From NCBI GenBank assembly GCA_965208615.1, contig CBDBPB010000003.1, positions 64,001 through 128,000 of the forward strand: a DNA stretch of 64,000 bases. Direction: 5' to 3'. The translations under genes and the position numbers were made by a program. The DNA is from Spirochaetota bacterium (GTDB lineage: Bacteria; Spirochaetota; UBA6919; CBDBPB01). Under the pieces are notes generated by a model. It searched no databases, had not been told where the DNA came from, and saw only the letters and a list, made by a program, of their open reading frames with translations. Of the stretch, positions 10,366 through 21,351 are shown one piece after another; position 1 is the stretch's first letter; each line of letters begins with the position of its first letter.

Positions 10366-11553
10366 TTATTCAGATTTTTCCATATCTTCGTCGCGAGAAA
10401 TACCAATCTTTTTATAAAAAATATCTTCTACCGTATGTTTTATAACCTGCCATAATAACTCTTTACTTTTACACCTAGAAAACACCCCAAGAGGAACTTG
10501 AAATCCACCTTTATCCCTACGTCCTCCGCCATACGGTTTTCCTTCTTCGCTAACACCAAATAAATCTTTAATCCACTTATCAGGGTCAAGGGTATGGCTT
10601 ACTGTTCTTAAGGAGCCGTCAATGTAGTTATTTCCTATAATAGCATATACTACAACGGTTTCAATGCCTTCTCTGCGTAAGAGAAAGTCAGCGGCTTGAG
10701 CTATTCCGTCTCTATCTTCTTCTCTAACAAATCCTACTCCAGAAAAAAGAAAGGTACCCTTAATATCTTTATTTTGAAGAGCTGTTTGAATAATATCCAT
10801 TGTTTTTGCAGAAAGTGATTGATGTGAAATACTGTTTAAAAGATCTATATCAGCACGATGACTAAGATAAGCTGCTGCAATAAAATCAATTTCTTTAGCT
10901 GTAACAAAGTCATCGGTATCGCTTCTAATTCCGTACATAAGGGCAGTAGCTAATCTTGCCGCTTCAGGGTTACCAAGTTCAAGATCGACTTCACCTTGTA
11001 TGAGGTATTCTGTATATATAGCACATGTTGAACCAGCATTCTCTCTTATATCAGTAAAGATAGCCTCGTTTAAACCAAGGTTTTTATGATGATCAACCAA
11101 AATTAACGGAGTTATATTATTTGGAATGTTAATAGGAAGATAAGTATTAGGAGTATCACTAAAAACAAGATATTTATAAGGGGATAAGTCAAATCCATTG
11201 TTATAGTGAACAAGTTCTATTCCTAATTTTTTAACAAGAGCCTGATTTTCTTGATGACTAATTTCGTCAAAGTGCAAAATTGTTGACTCTATACCAAAAA
11301 ACGATGCAATATATTGAAATGCCAAAGAAGATGCAATACTATCCGGATCAGGGTAGCCTTTTATAATTACCAAGACTTTTTGATCTTTTGCTTTTTTTAT
11401 TGTTTCGAAAAAGATTTCAGGCTTTGATATATATTTTTTTTTATTATCAGCTTCCGAAAGAGAATTTTTATCTTTTAGATTTCCATTATTATCGCTTAAC
11501 TTCATTTTTACTAAGCTGTTGGTTTTTTCTTTCACTTTTTTGGGCATAAACAC
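10366..11553 (-). CDS. DHH-family phosphoesterase (DHH + DHHA1)
   Basis: PDPDSIAS, VDHH, GIRSDT, GSLRT and GGG motifs. Confidence 0.88.
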   Translation of the reverse strand: MFMPKKVKEKTNSLVKMKLSDNNGNLKDKNSLSEADNKKKYISKPEIFFETIKKAKDQKVLVIIKGYPDPDSIASSLAFQYIASFFGIESTILHFDEISHQENQALVKKLGIELVHYNNGFDLSPYKYLVFSDTPNTYLPINIPNNITPLILVDHHKNLGLNEAIFTDIRENAGSTCAIYTEYLIQGEVDLELGNPEAARLATALMYGIRSDTDDFVTAKEIDFIAAAYLSHRADIDLLNSISHQSLSAKTMDIIQTALQNKDIKGTFLFSGVGFVREEDRDGIAQAADFLLRREGIETVVVYAIIGNNYIDGSLRTVSHTLDPDKWIKDLFGVSEEGKPYGGGRRDKGGFQVPLGVFSRCKSKELLWQVIKHTVEDIFYKKIGISRDEDMEKSE

Positions 11554-11704
11554 ATCCTCAAAATAAGAAACTTTTTACAAACCTTATTAAAAATATAACA
11601 CTGTTGATCACAATATAAAATAGTTCGACAAATGTTATTTGTCAACTTTTTATTTAATTTATAGTAAAATGATTATTTTTTTTATATGGAGATTAAAAAT
11701 ATTA

Positions 11705-12151
11705 TTATTTTGGTCTAACTACCCATTGAACATCCCATAAAGACATATTCTTTTTTAAGCATATTATAGTACCGGTAGAAAATTGAATATTATTATCATT
11801 TTCTACTAGTCCGGTTAAACTAGACGCAAGTTTATTCATATATGGTAGATGGCCTACAAACATGATATCATCATTATTTTTTGATATAAAGTTACAAATA
11901 TAGCTAATATCATCGAGTGGTAATAAGCCATCTTTTTTTACTATTCCTAGTTCAGAGTTTATAGTTTTGGATAAGAGTTTAGCAGTTTGTTCAGCTCTTA
12001 GTTTACTGCTGTGATAAATTGCTTTTACTTTTATATTTTTATGGCTAATGAGACTAGCAATACTTTTTATTTCTGCTATACCCTTTTCTGACAATGGATT
12101 TTTATGAACAAAATCGCTAGCATTACCATGACGGACTAAATAAAGGTACAT
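11705..12151 (-). CDS. sixA: Phosphohistidine phosphatase
   Basis: LYLVRHG, HSSKLRAEQTA and VGHLP. Confidence 0.9.
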   Translation of the reverse strand: MYLYLVRHGNASDFVHKNPLSEKGIAEIKSIASLISHKNIKVKAIYHSSKLRAEQTAKLLSKTINSELGIVKKDGLLPLDDISYICNFISKNNDDIMFVGHLPYMNKLASSLTGLVENDNNIQFSTGTIICLKKNMSLWDVQWVVRPK

Positions 12152-12645
12152 TTCATCACCTAATATACTTTAGGATTTAGATAGAGTTAGTAACTGTTAA
12201 TATATATGAAACCAACACATAATACTTAATAAAATTAAGTATACTATCGTTAATAATCAAATATAAATAAAATAAACTTAATTTATAAAAAAAAATATTT
12301 TAATAGGCTATTATTTTATAAAATGTTATAGTGGGCTATAGTAAAAAGGTTTTAGTTTGGTTAATTTTGATAGATATAAAGAGTTTTATTATTTTCAATT
12401 CGCATAGAAAACATATAATGTCAATATAGAATATTCTAATAATCTGCCATATCTCTTATGGAAAGGCAAATCCCTTATCACTTAATAAAGGTATATAATT
12501 CTTAGCCAAAAAAAGAATATAACACTATTGTTAGATGAATTTTATATATATTGCTGGAGTTTAAATGTACAACTTGCTTACTTACATTGTTAAAACAATT
12601 AATAATAATTATAATATAAATAACGAGGATAAATATAATAAAAAG

Positions 12646-13464
12646 TTATTTCAACTTCTTTAGTTTAATATCCACTCTTCTAAGGGCTGTCTTTATCTTA
12701 GCCGAATAACCCTTACTAAGATTATCCGAAAAACTTTTACTAATATCTTTTAAATATTTATTATAATCCTTTTTAGCATCATTAAGAACACTTATAGCCT
12801 TATCCTTTTGATTAAGCTTTAAATAAGACATAGCCATATACTCTTTTACTAAACCCTTAGACTCCATAGCCAAAGGAAAAATATAAGAGTTAGCATATTT
12901 TGTGATAACACTATTATAACTTATATATGCAGTCTTATATGACTTCAATGCTTTATCATACTCACCTTTAATATAATGGTTATAACCTATATTTAAAAAA
13001 CCATTAGCCATGTTATATAAAGCCTCACCAGCAAATATAAAACCTTTTTCCTCAGAAGCCTTATTAAAGTATTCATTAGCTTTGTCATAATCCTTAAGTG
13101 AATAGTAAACTATTCCCATATTATATTGGGATAAATAACTATATATACTATTATCAGATACCTTAAGAAGGTTTTCAAATCCACTTTTCATCTTAGCTAT
13201 ATTCTTTTCATCAAAATATATTTTATCATCTTTCTTTGCTATATTATCAGTTTTATTAATAAGATCCTTTGTTGTAGCATCATAATATAAATTAGCCAGC
13301 TTAATATTCTGTCCTTTTGAATAAAAAACAAAAATAACTACCATGATAATAAGCAAAAGTACTGTAGAAAGTCCTGTTAGAACTAATTTTCTATTTTTCT
13401 CGATCCATGCAAGAGCCTTATTAGAAAACTCTATAAAAAAATCATGTTTTTCTTTCTTTGTCAT
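12646..13464 (-). CDS. Membrane-anchored TPR protein (YfgM-like architecture)
   Basis: One N-terminal TM helix after WIEKN, followed by TPR-like repeats such as YNMGIVYYSLKDYDKANEYF. Confidence 0.7.
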   Translation of the reverse strand: MTKKEKHDFFIEFSNKALAWIEKNRKLVLTGLSTVLLLIIMVVIFVFYSKGQNIKLANLYYDATTKDLINKTDNIAKKDDKIYFDEKNIAKMKSGFENLLKVSDNSIYSYLSQYNMGIVYYSLKDYDKANEYFNKASEEKGFIFAGEALYNMANGFLNIGYNHYIKGEYDKALKSYKTAYISYNSVITKYANSYIFPLAMESKGLVKEYMAMSYLKLNQKDKAISVLNDAKKDYNKYLKDISKSFSDNLSKGYSAKIKTALRRVDIKLKKLK

Positions 13465-13467
13465 AGT

Positions 13468-15273
13468 CTATTCCAGAGGATTATTTTTAAGTTTATCAAA
13501 GTCGATCAAATCACCAAGGGTAACCTTAGAACTATCCGAAGAGCTTTTACTATACTTTTCTATTGCCATTTGCTCAATCCTTCTTTCATACTCTTTCTTA
13601 CTAAGGGATATCTGTTGCTTTTTTATATCCACTTTTATAACAGAGCAGTCAACTACATCACCTATATTATATATATTTTCAACAGCCTCATCTCTTTTTT
13701 TCAGCATTTCGGATACATGTAAAAATCCATCAATATTATTTTCTATTTCAATAAAAATACCTATCTCTACAATTTTATTGATCTTACCCTTTATAATACT
13801 CCCTTTAGGATGGTTAGCTTTAAATATCTCCCATGGATTATCCAAAAGTTGTTTTAATCCTAAAGAAATTATTTGTTTTTCTTTATCAGTCTTAAGAATA
13901 ATGACATCTATTTTTTGTCCTTTTTTAAAACGCTTATCCTTTTTAAGATTGGTAATAGGCTTTTTTGTCCAATCAATATCTTTTACACGAAGAAGACCTG
14001 TAAGTTCATCATCTATCTCAATAAAAACACCAAAGTCAGTTACTGCTCTAATTACTCCTTCTATCTTTTTTCCTTCTGGATATTTTTCATAAACAAAATC
14101 CCATGGATTATCCAATATCTGCTTTAGACCAAGGGATAACTTACGATTTTCTTTGTCCATATCCAATATTGATGCTTGTATATGTTCACCCACTTTCAGT
14201 ATCTGTTTTGGATGAGATATTTTTTTAGTCCATGAAAGTTCATTTACATGGAGTAGTCCTTCAATACCGTCCTTAACCCTTACAAAAGCTCCATAGTCTG
14301 CGAGTTTAACTACTTCTCCAGAAATAACATCATTATTTTTATATTCTCTACTAAATACTTCCCATGGATCTTCACTAAGCTGCTTAATCCCAAGAGTAAC
14401 TTTTTGTTGATCTATATCGATTTTTAGTATTTTTACCTCTAACTCAATACCTTCAGAAATGTAATCACGACAATTACGTAAATGACTCCATGAAACCTCT
14501 TTAATTGGAATAAATCCATCAATGGCTCCAAGATCAACAAAGGCTCCGTAATCCAAAACATTTTTTACTTTTCCAGATATAATATCCCCTTCCTTGTTGG
14601 AGTTAAAGAACTTATCTTTTTCTATAGCTATTTTTTCCTCTAAGAACTCTCTTCTGGATAAGACTATATTATTCTTTTCAGCATCATATTTTGCAATTTT
14701 AAAGTCAAATGTTTTATTAATATATTCTTTTGGATTAGATACCCGTCGTACATCTAATTGAGAACCGGGTAAGAAAGCCTCAACTCTTCCACTCATCCCA
14801 ACAACATAGCCACCTTTTATTTCCTTTAAAATTTTTCCTTTAATAGGCATCTTTTCATCAAAGTTTTTGGCAATCAGTTTTTTAGTATCCACCTCATCAG
14901 CTTTTTCCTTACTAAGAATAACGTTACCATGGGCATCTTCTCTTGTTATAACCATGACTCTAACTTCATCACCAACCTTTACAGGAGAGTTAAACTCATC
15001 AGCATCAACCTTACCCTCAGACTTATACCCTACATCAATAAATATCTGATTTCCTTGGATATTGGCAACCTTACCATTAATAATGTCGCCATTTTTTAGC
15101 TCAGTAAATGACTTTTCATACATTTCTTCAAAAGATTCCATATCTATATTATTAAGCGCTCCTGTATCGAATGATTTTCTGTCTTCTTTAATAGACTTTT
15201 TTTTATTATGTCCTTCACCTATAGAACCCTCTTTCTTTTGAACAATAACAATTTTTTTCTTATCTTCCGCCAT
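13468..15273 (-). CDS. rpsA: 30S ribosomal protein S1
   Basis: Six S1 domains: IDVGYKSEG, AFLPGS, DYGAFVDLG, EGLLHVNELSW and recurring SLGLKQ. Confidence 0.97.
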   Translation of the reverse strand: MAEDKKKIVIVQKKEGSIGEGHNKKKSIKEDRKSFDTGALNNIDMESFEEMYEKSFTELKNGDIINGKVANIQGNQIFIDVGYKSEGKVDADEFNSPVKVGDEVRVMVITREDAHGNVILSKEKADEVDTKKLIAKNFDEKMPIKGKILKEIKGGYVVGMSGRVEAFLPGSQLDVRRVSNPKEYINKTFDFKIAKYDAEKNNIVLSRREFLEEKIAIEKDKFFNSNKEGDIISGKVKNVLDYGAFVDLGAIDGFIPIKEVSWSHLRNCRDYISEGIELEVKILKIDIDQQKVTLGIKQLSEDPWEVFSREYKNNDVISGEVVKLADYGAFVRVKDGIEGLLHVNELSWTKKISHPKQILKVGEHIQASILDMDKENRKLSLGLKQILDNPWDFVYEKYPEGKKIEGVIRAVTDFGVFIEIDDELTGLLRVKDIDWTKKPITNLKKDKRFKKGQKIDVIILKTDKEKQIISLGLKQLLDNPWEIFKANHPKGSIIKGKINKIVEIGIFIEIENNIDGFLHVSEMLKKRDEAVENIYNIGDVVDCSVIKVDIKKQQISLSKKEYERRIEQMAIEKYSKSSSDSSKVTLGDLIDFDKLKNNPLE

Positions 15274-15405
15274 AAAACCACCCCCGTTTATATTATTAAG
15301 TTAGCTTTATACATTTAAGTTAGATTTATTAGCATATTTAAATTGAAGGATTAGTTATTTTTAAGACCTTACAAACGGATAAGTATAAATTAGTTTCAAG
15401 ATAAA

Positions 15406-16275
15406 TTACATTAAAGAAACTAACTTTTCCCTAAACTCTTTAGCCTTCAATAAATATTCCATAATACTATGCTTATCATCGTTAATAAGCAAATCAGTAA
15501 ACTCACGCAGCTTATTCTGAAATCTATGAATAGCCTTAATCATATTATCTTTGTTAGACGTAAAAATATCTAACCACATTTGTGGATCTCCTTCAGCAAT
15601 ACGTGTAGTATCCAATAAGCCATTACCAAAAATACCACTTTTTATATCGTCATTATCCAAAGAGTACAACAACGTATACGAAAGACAACTGGCAACTAAA
15701 TGTGTAAGATGACTAGTCTCACAAACAACCCTATCATGATAAAAAGATGATAGCTTAATAGTTCTAGCTCCCAAAGCCTCCCAAAATAAACTAACCCTCT
15801 TAACCAGCTCCTTATTACTATGATCATCCTCAGTAACTATAACTAATGCATTCTTATAAAGATTAGCTGTAGCTGATTCAACTCCAGTTTTCTCAGAGCC
15901 AGCCATAGGATGTGAACCAATAAAATTACTATCTGAACCAAACTTTTTATAAATATTATTTACTACCTCAAACTTAGTACTTCCAACATCAGTAACCACA
16001 CAATTATTTTTTAAAAAAGAGCGTATCTTACCAAAAATACTAGGAATAACTTTAACAGGTGTACATACTATAACAATATCACAATTACTAATACCCTCAC
16101 TATAACTTAAAAAATACTCATCAATAGCATTAAGCTTAATAGCATGGTCTAACTTACTTTTGTCCCTACCAAAACCGATTACTTTTACACCGGATAATCT
16201 CTCCTTGCAAGCAAGCCCAATAGACCCTCCCAACATCCCTACACCAATTATAGCAATCCTGTTAACAAAATCCAA
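15406..16275 (-). CDS. tyrA: Prephenate/arogenate dehydrogenase
   Basis: IIGVGMLGGS, TDVGSTK, GSHPMAGSE, SHLTH and DTTRIA. Confidence 0.93.
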   Translation of the reverse strand: MDFVNRIAIIGVGMLGGSIGLACKERLSGVKVIGFGRDKSKLDHAIKLNAIDEYFLSYSEGISNCDIVIVCTPVKVIPSIFGKIRSFLKNNCVVTDVGSTKFEVVNNIYKKFGSDSNFIGSHPMAGSEKTGVESATANLYKNALVIVTEDDHSNKELVKRVSLFWEALGARTIKLSSFYHDRVVCETSHLTHLVASCLSYTLLYSLDNDDIKSGIFGNGLLDTTRIAEGDPQMWLDIFTSNKDNMIKAIHRFQNKLREFTDLLINDDKHSIMEYLLKAKEFREKLVSLM

Positions 16276-16288
16276 TTAAACCTTTCTC

Positions 16289-17305
16289 CTATAAAATCTT
16301 TCTACCAACAGCAAGAGCGATAGGTCTTAATTCGCCCATCAAAGAGTCAAAATGTAATGGAGTAAGACTTTGTTCTCCATCGACTAAAGCCTCTTCAGGA
16401 TTCTGATGAACCTCAATTAATAAACCATCAGCACCAGCGGCAATACTTGCCTTTGATAAAGTACTAACATAAGCTCTCTTACCACAAGCATGACTAGGAT
16501 CAATAATAATAGGTAAATGACTGAGTTCCTTTATAACAGGTACTGCATTTAAATCAAGGGTATTACGAGTGCTAGTCTCAAAAGTTCTAATACCCCTTTC
16601 ACAAAGAATAACATTATAATTACCCTGAGCCATAATATATTCAGCACTCATAAGCCATTCTTTTATAGTAGAACTAAGCCCTCTCTTTAATAATACAGGT
16701 TTATCAGTCTTTCCAACCTCACTAAGTAAACTAAAATTCTGCATATTCCTAGTACCTATTTGGAGTATATCAGAATATTTATATACCATGTCTACTTGTC
16801 TTGTGTCCATAACCTCGGTACAAATAGCTAACCCTGTTTCTTTACTGGCATTAGCCAATATCTTAAGGCCATCCTCACCATGACCCTGAAAAGAATAAGG
16901 TGATGTTCTAGGCTTAAAAGCCCCACCCCTTAATATAGTGGCTCCATATTTTTTTACCAGTTTAGCTGTATTAATAGTCTGTTCCTCAGTTTCTACAGTA
17001 CACGGTCCAGCAATAATAGCTATATTTTTATTACCTATAACATTATCTTTTATCTTAATCTTAGTATTGTCAGGATGAAACTCCCTACTGGCCAATTTGT
17101 AAGGTTTTAATACAGGCATAACCTTCTCTACACCGCTAATAGCCTCTATAGGTTTATCAGTTAAAAGTCTCTCATCGCCTATTACACCAATAATTGATCT
17201 TTCACTTCCTTCCGATATATGAGTTCTAAGGCCAAGAGACTCTATTTTGTCTTTAATATGCTTTACCTCATCCTTTGTAACATTAGGCTTTAATACTATA
17301 ATCAT
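16289..17305 (-). CDS. aroF: DAHP synthase, type I-beta with N-terminal regulatory domain
   Basis: IAGPC, RGGAFKPRTSPYSFQG, LLKRG, LCERGIRTF and DPSH. Confidence 0.95.
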   Translation of the reverse strand: MIIVLKPNVTKDEVKHIKDKIESLGLRTHISEGSERSIIGVIGDERLLTDKPIEAISGVEKVMPVLKPYKLASREFHPDNTKIKIKDNVIGNKNIAIIAGPCTVETEEQTINTAKLVKKYGATILRGGAFKPRTSPYSFQGHGEDGLKILANASKETGLAICTEVMDTRQVDMVYKYSDILQIGTRNMQNFSLLSEVGKTDKPVLLKRGLSSTIKEWLMSAEYIMAQGNYNVILCERGIRTFETSTRNTLDLNAVPVIKELSHLPIIIDPSHACGKRAYVSTLSKASIAAGADGLLIEVHQNPEEALVDGEQSLTPLHFDSLMGELRPIALAVGRKIL

Positions 17306-17318
17306 ATACTCCCCATTA

Positions 17319-18464
17319 TCAATTGGAATTAAGACCTTTAGGATAAGAACCTAAGGTTTTTACATCATAACAAATATGTCTTATTTTATTAATGGCATCC
17401 TTAAAAACGAGATTAGATGAATGAGCTTCAATATCTATAAAAAATAAATATTCCCATGCCTTTTTTCTGGAAGGACGAGACTCAATCTTAGTTAAATTTA
17501 AATTAGCCTCTTGAAAAGGAGCTAATATTCTCATCAATGCTCCAGGTTTATCTTTAACAGTACAAATAATAGAGGTTTTATAGTCTACCTCAGTAAGATT
17601 ATCCGAAACAGTAATAATCCTCTCACCATTACTTCCATCCACCTTATAGCTCTCTTTAGCAATTACTAAAAACCTTGTTGTATTAGTACTTGCAGTTTGG
17701 ATGTTCTTAGCTAAAATACCTAAGCCGTATATATCAGCAGCAGCCTCACCGGCAATAGCAGCAGAATACTTATCCCACTCTACAATTTCAGCGGCTTTTG
17801 AATTACTAGTAGTTTCTATTTTCTCTACACCAGGTAATTTGCTATTCAGCCATAATCTACATTGAGCAAATGATTGAGTATGCGAATACACTTTTTTTAT
17901 TTGACTAATATCATCAAGCTGGCTAAGTAAGCAATGTACTATTGGTAAATATATTTCGGCAATAATATTAAGATTAGTATCAATCAACGAATCAAGAGTT
18001 CGATTTACCATTCCCTCATAAGAGTTCTCTACTGGCACTATACCATATTCAGCGTGATTATTTTCTACATAGCTAAAGACGTCGGGTATTGTAGTCATAG
18101 AGTGTGTTTCAGTAAAGTTACCAAACTCTCTAAGGCAGGCCAAATGAGTATATGAACCCTTAGGCCCTAAATACGCAACACTTACATTACTTTGAACTTC
18201 TCTAGAGGCTAATATAACCTCTTTAAAAATACTGAGAAGATTATTAGATGGGAATGGTCCAGTATTATAGTTCTTTAAATTGGACAGAATAACCTTTTCT
18301 CTGTCTGGATGATAAAAAGGTAAGTTATATTTTATTTTAACATCGCGTATACTTAACGCAGTTTTTGTTCTTGCATTAAGTAAATCAACAATTTTTTTAT
18401 CTATATCGTCAATTTGTTTTCTATAAGTATCCAATTGCTCTAGGTTTTTGTTAGCCTGAGACAA
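17319..18464 (-). CDS. pheA: Chorismate mutase/prephenate dehydratase
   Basis: N-terminal AroQ domain (RKQIDDID), YLGPKGS, PVENS, NTTRF and ACT domain NLTKIESRP. Confidence 0.95.
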   Translation of the reverse strand: MSQANKNLEQLDTYRKQIDDIDKKIVDLLNARTKTALSIRDVKIKYNLPFYHPDREKVILSNLKNYNTGPFPSNNLLSIFKEVILASREVQSNVSVAYLGPKGSYTHLACLREFGNFTETHSMTTIPDVFSYVENNHAEYGIVPVENSYEGMVNRTLDSLIDTNLNIIAEIYLPIVHCLLSQLDDISQIKKVYSHTQSFAQCRLWLNSKLPGVEKIETTSNSKAAEIVEWDKYSAAIAGEAAADIYGLGILAKNIQTASTNTTRFLVIAKESYKVDGSNGERIITVSDNLTEVDYKTSIICTVKDKPGALMRILAPFQEANLNLTKIESRPSRKKAWEYLFFIDIEAHSSNLVFKDAINKIRHICYDVKTLGSYPKGLNSN

Positions 18465-18622
18465 AATATAACCTCTCCATAGGGTAAGATAGCATCACAG
18501 TACTTAATATATCATTACGGATTATAACTTAAAGAGGATTATCAAATTATACTTCTGATACAGCTTTACCGCTAGTATTATTTTTACCTCAATTTTTAGA
18601 AGTACACTACTAGAAGATTATT

Positions 18623-18651
18623 AATATATAAAAAAAAACATCTAATGTCAA
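18623..18651 (-). promoter_or_regulatory. Sigma70-type promoter for the pheA-aroF-tyrA operon
   Basis: Minus strand reads TTGACA-N17-TATATT about 160 nt upstream of pheA. AT-rich background lowers specificity. Confidence 0.55.
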
Positions 18652-18912
18652 TGGTTTTTATAAAAAGAGTTTATAATTATAATAAAGATTTTATTTCTTA
18701 GAATCGAATAACTTTAATTTATACTTATCGTTAGAAATAAAACTAGGACATTCCAAAATTTCAATGAAATCATATTGTTTACATTTAGAAATACACTTTT
18801 GACAAACCTTGTTTATAGCAAACACCATTGTATTATATCCCTAATAAATGAATATGTAAAAAAAGACTATAGATAACATAAATAAAAAATTATTTCGTTT
18901 AAGAGTATAGGT

Positions 18913-20022
18913 TTATATTTTTGACTGATGAGCAATAATTATTAATTCCGTCAGATAAGCAATTTTTGACATAGCCTCTTTATTTATTTTTTTTGCCTGC
19001 TCTTTTCTTAATTCTTTTAGTTTTTTATAATCCCTTTTCCTTATATGATATGGAGCTTCTTCCATATACAAAAAAACATCAATATCTTTTGATGTATATC
19101 TATTATTTAAAATTAGATTAAGTGCTTTATAAAGATTTTTTCTTTTAGTTTTAAGTTTATTGCCATATAGCTTCGTTTTTTTACCTTTTTTTAAAAGCCA
19201 CTTTTTATATTTTTCTGTTATATAATTAGGCATATCCTCAAAATATTTTTTAATAACTATTTTAAACTTAGGATCAGACGGTTTAATTTTTTTTCTTTTT
19301 CTTAAAAGCCACTCTTTATATCTTTTTTTTATCCTCTTAGAAGCCATAGACAAATAATCTATAATGGCTTTATCCCCTTTAGCATTTACAATAAAAGATA
19401 TTGCAAAAATAATAGTACTAATAGCTTGATCATTTTTTTCTGTTTGTAATCTTTTGATTAAGTTGTCCATGTAGTTTTTTTCATCTTGAACCAAAAGGCA
19501 ATAAGTACTAGCCTGTTCTTGTACTAGTCCCATCCTAGGTATATAGAGAAATACCGAAAACTTAGGATAATTAAGAATATTATTAACGGCTATCCATGTA
19601 TTTGCACCCTTAACTCCTAACCAATGAACTGCTTTAAAATATTCAGTAAAATAGACTGTATTATTTGCGTATGGAAAAACAAAATGACCAATAGCATCAG
19701 CCGCAATCTGTAAGTCTTTTTTAGTTTTGGAGTGCTTAATTAATAACGATGAACCATTATATAAAAAAAAGTTATTTTGATTAAAATCCTTAAGCTTTTC
19801 TCTAAGCAAAGGTAAATATATCTTTTTATTTGAATCCACTAAGGACCAAAACTTTTTTATCTCTTTATACTTTTTATTTATAAGTTTTTTACTTGCCTTA
19901 GCTAACTTAAAGTTATAAGTACTATTTAACTTACCCTCAAAAAGCTCTCTATTTGCAAATAGAGGAAAGACTATAAATAAAAATAAAATTACGAAACTAA
20001 ATAACCTAATAAAATTCAACAC
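18913..20022 (-). CDS. Hypothetical secreted basic protein
   Basis: Signal peptide ending in PLFA, Lys-rich, with an internal duplicated YKxWLL(R/K)K segment. Confidence 0.7.
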   Translation of the reverse strand: MLNFIRLFSFVILFLFIVFPLFANRELFEGKLNSTYNFKLAKASKKLINKKYKEIKKFWSLVDSNKKIYLPLLREKLKDFNQNNFFLYNGSSLLIKHSKTKKDLQIAADAIGHFVFPYANNTVYFTEYFKAVHWLGVKGANTWIAVNNILNYPKFSVFLYIPRMGLVQEQASTYCLLVQDEKNYMDNLIKRLQTEKNDQAISTIIFAISFIVNAKGDKAIIDYLSMASKRIKKRYKEWLLRKRKKIKPSDPKFKIVIKKYFEDMPNYITEKYKKWLLKKGKKTKLYGNKLKTKRKNLYKALNLILNNRYTSKDIDVFLYMEEAPYHIRKRDYKKLKELRKEQAKKINKEAMSKIAYLTELIIIAHQSKI

Positions 20023-20049
20023 TATATTTCTTCTTTGATAATTTTTATA

Positions 20050-20682
20050 TTACTTATGTGCCTTACTAATAATAAAGCTTTCTTTTACAAGGCTAACCAA
20101 CTGCCTTGCTTTCTCTTGAACTCTTTGAGTATTGCTTTCAAGAGAAAAGGGACCTATTCTAACATAATATAAAAGTTCACCTTTTTTGTTTTTACCAGTA
20201 AATATATAGGCAGGAAAACCTTTCTTCTTTAACGAGGATAGAGTATTATGGGCATTATTTTTTTCTTTATAAGTGGATACCTGAATAGCATAAGGATTTT
20301 CTTTAGTTAGTCTTTCATCACTATATATAGGTTTTTGTTTTATTCCCTTGTTATTTATTGGCTTATTTATTTGGGGATTTATATTATTTTGTTTTTTTTG
20401 CAGTGTATCATAGTTCATTTCTGCCAAGTTAGTAACTTGTTCTACTTCTTTTAGATATGAATGTGTAATATTATTATTGGTTATCAGTTTTTTGAGTCTT
20501 TCTTTTTCTGGAGTATTATCCTGTTTTATTGCAAGATAATTAGTACTACTACCGAGCCAATATCCGATTAAAAAGAAAAGCGTAAGACAAAATAATGATG
20601 TAGCTATAATCCAAAATACTCTAGTTAGATCCAGGTTAATAATATACATACCATGTTTCTTATCCTGATTTTGTTTATCCAT
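20050..20682 (-). CDS. SPOR-domain membrane protein
   Basis: N-terminal TM helix and C-terminal YAIQVSTY...LKKKGFPAYI...YYVRIGPF. Confidence 0.88.
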   Translation of the reverse strand: MDKQNQDKKHGMYIINLDLTRVFWIIATSLFCLTLFFLIGYWLGSSTNYLAIKQDNTPEKERLKKLITNNNITHSYLKEVEQVTNLAEMNYDTLQKKQNNINPQINKPINNKGIKQKPIYSDERLTKENPYAIQVSTYKEKNNAHNTLSSLKKKGFPAYIFTGKNKKGELLYYVRIGPFSLESNTQRVQEKARQLVSLVKESFIISKAHK

Positions 20683-20703
20683 GACTTCCCCTTTAACATA
20701 ATG

Positions 20704-21351
20704 TTAATTTAATATATCTTTTTCAATCTCGATAATTAAACTTTCAGTTTTTTTTAATAATTTATTAATATTACCGTCATTAATCATACAATAGTCGGAA
20801 TATTCCTTAGTTAATTTGATATTATATTGACTTTTTAGTCTTTGGTTAATATTATCCTTAGTAATTTTATCCCTTTTAATAGCCCAATTTATAATCTGTT
20901 TCTCAGTTGCGGATACATAAATAATCTTATGACAAAATAGATTTAACCTCATCTTGTGCAAAATAGCGGCATTAATAAGGATTTTATTATGTTTATTTTT
21001 TTCTATTATTGTTTTGATTTCTTTTACAATAAAAGGATGAACAATATTTTCCAGTTGTTTTAGGGATTTCATATTATGAAATACAATATTACCGAGTTTT
21101 TTTCTATCGACGTTGTCATAATCGTTTAGAATAGATATACCAAATTGCTTAATAATATCATTTTTCTTTTTTTCAAGGGCAATATGTCCAATACAATCAG
21201 CCTCGATAATGTAATAGCCATTTTTAGCAAATATATTAGCAATAGTAGACTTTCCACTAGCGTATAAACCAGTTAGACCTATTATTAATTTATTTTTGAA
21301 TATATCATAATTTAGTTTAATGAGCTTCATCCCAGTTTTCACCGTAGGCAA
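20704..21351 (-). CDS. coaE: Dephospho-CoA kinase
   Basis: IIGLTGLYASGKST P-loop, VDRKKLGNIVF and LENIVHP. Directly downstream of polA. The true start may be further 3'. Confidence 0.92.
   Translation of the reverse strand: MPTVKTGMKLIKLNYDIFKNKLIIGLTGLYASGKSTIANIFAKNGYYIIEADCIGHIALEKKKNDIIKQFGISILNDYDNVDRKKLGNIVFHNMKSLKQLENIVHPFIVKEIKTIIEKNKHNKILINAAILHKMRLNLFCHKIIYVSATEKQIINWAIKRDKITKDNINQRLKSQYNIKLTKEYSDYCMINDGNINKLLKKTESLIIEIEKDILN

Noticed and set aside
12445-12500. AAAGGCAAA motif suggesting a c-di-GMP-I riboswitch (also near 41673)
   Set aside because: The required GNRA-capped stem followed by GACGCAAA is missing in both places.
13343-14092. 249-aa plus-strand ORF
   Set aside because: Antisense shadow of rpsA, with an S/I/F-rich composition typical of reverse-frame translation.
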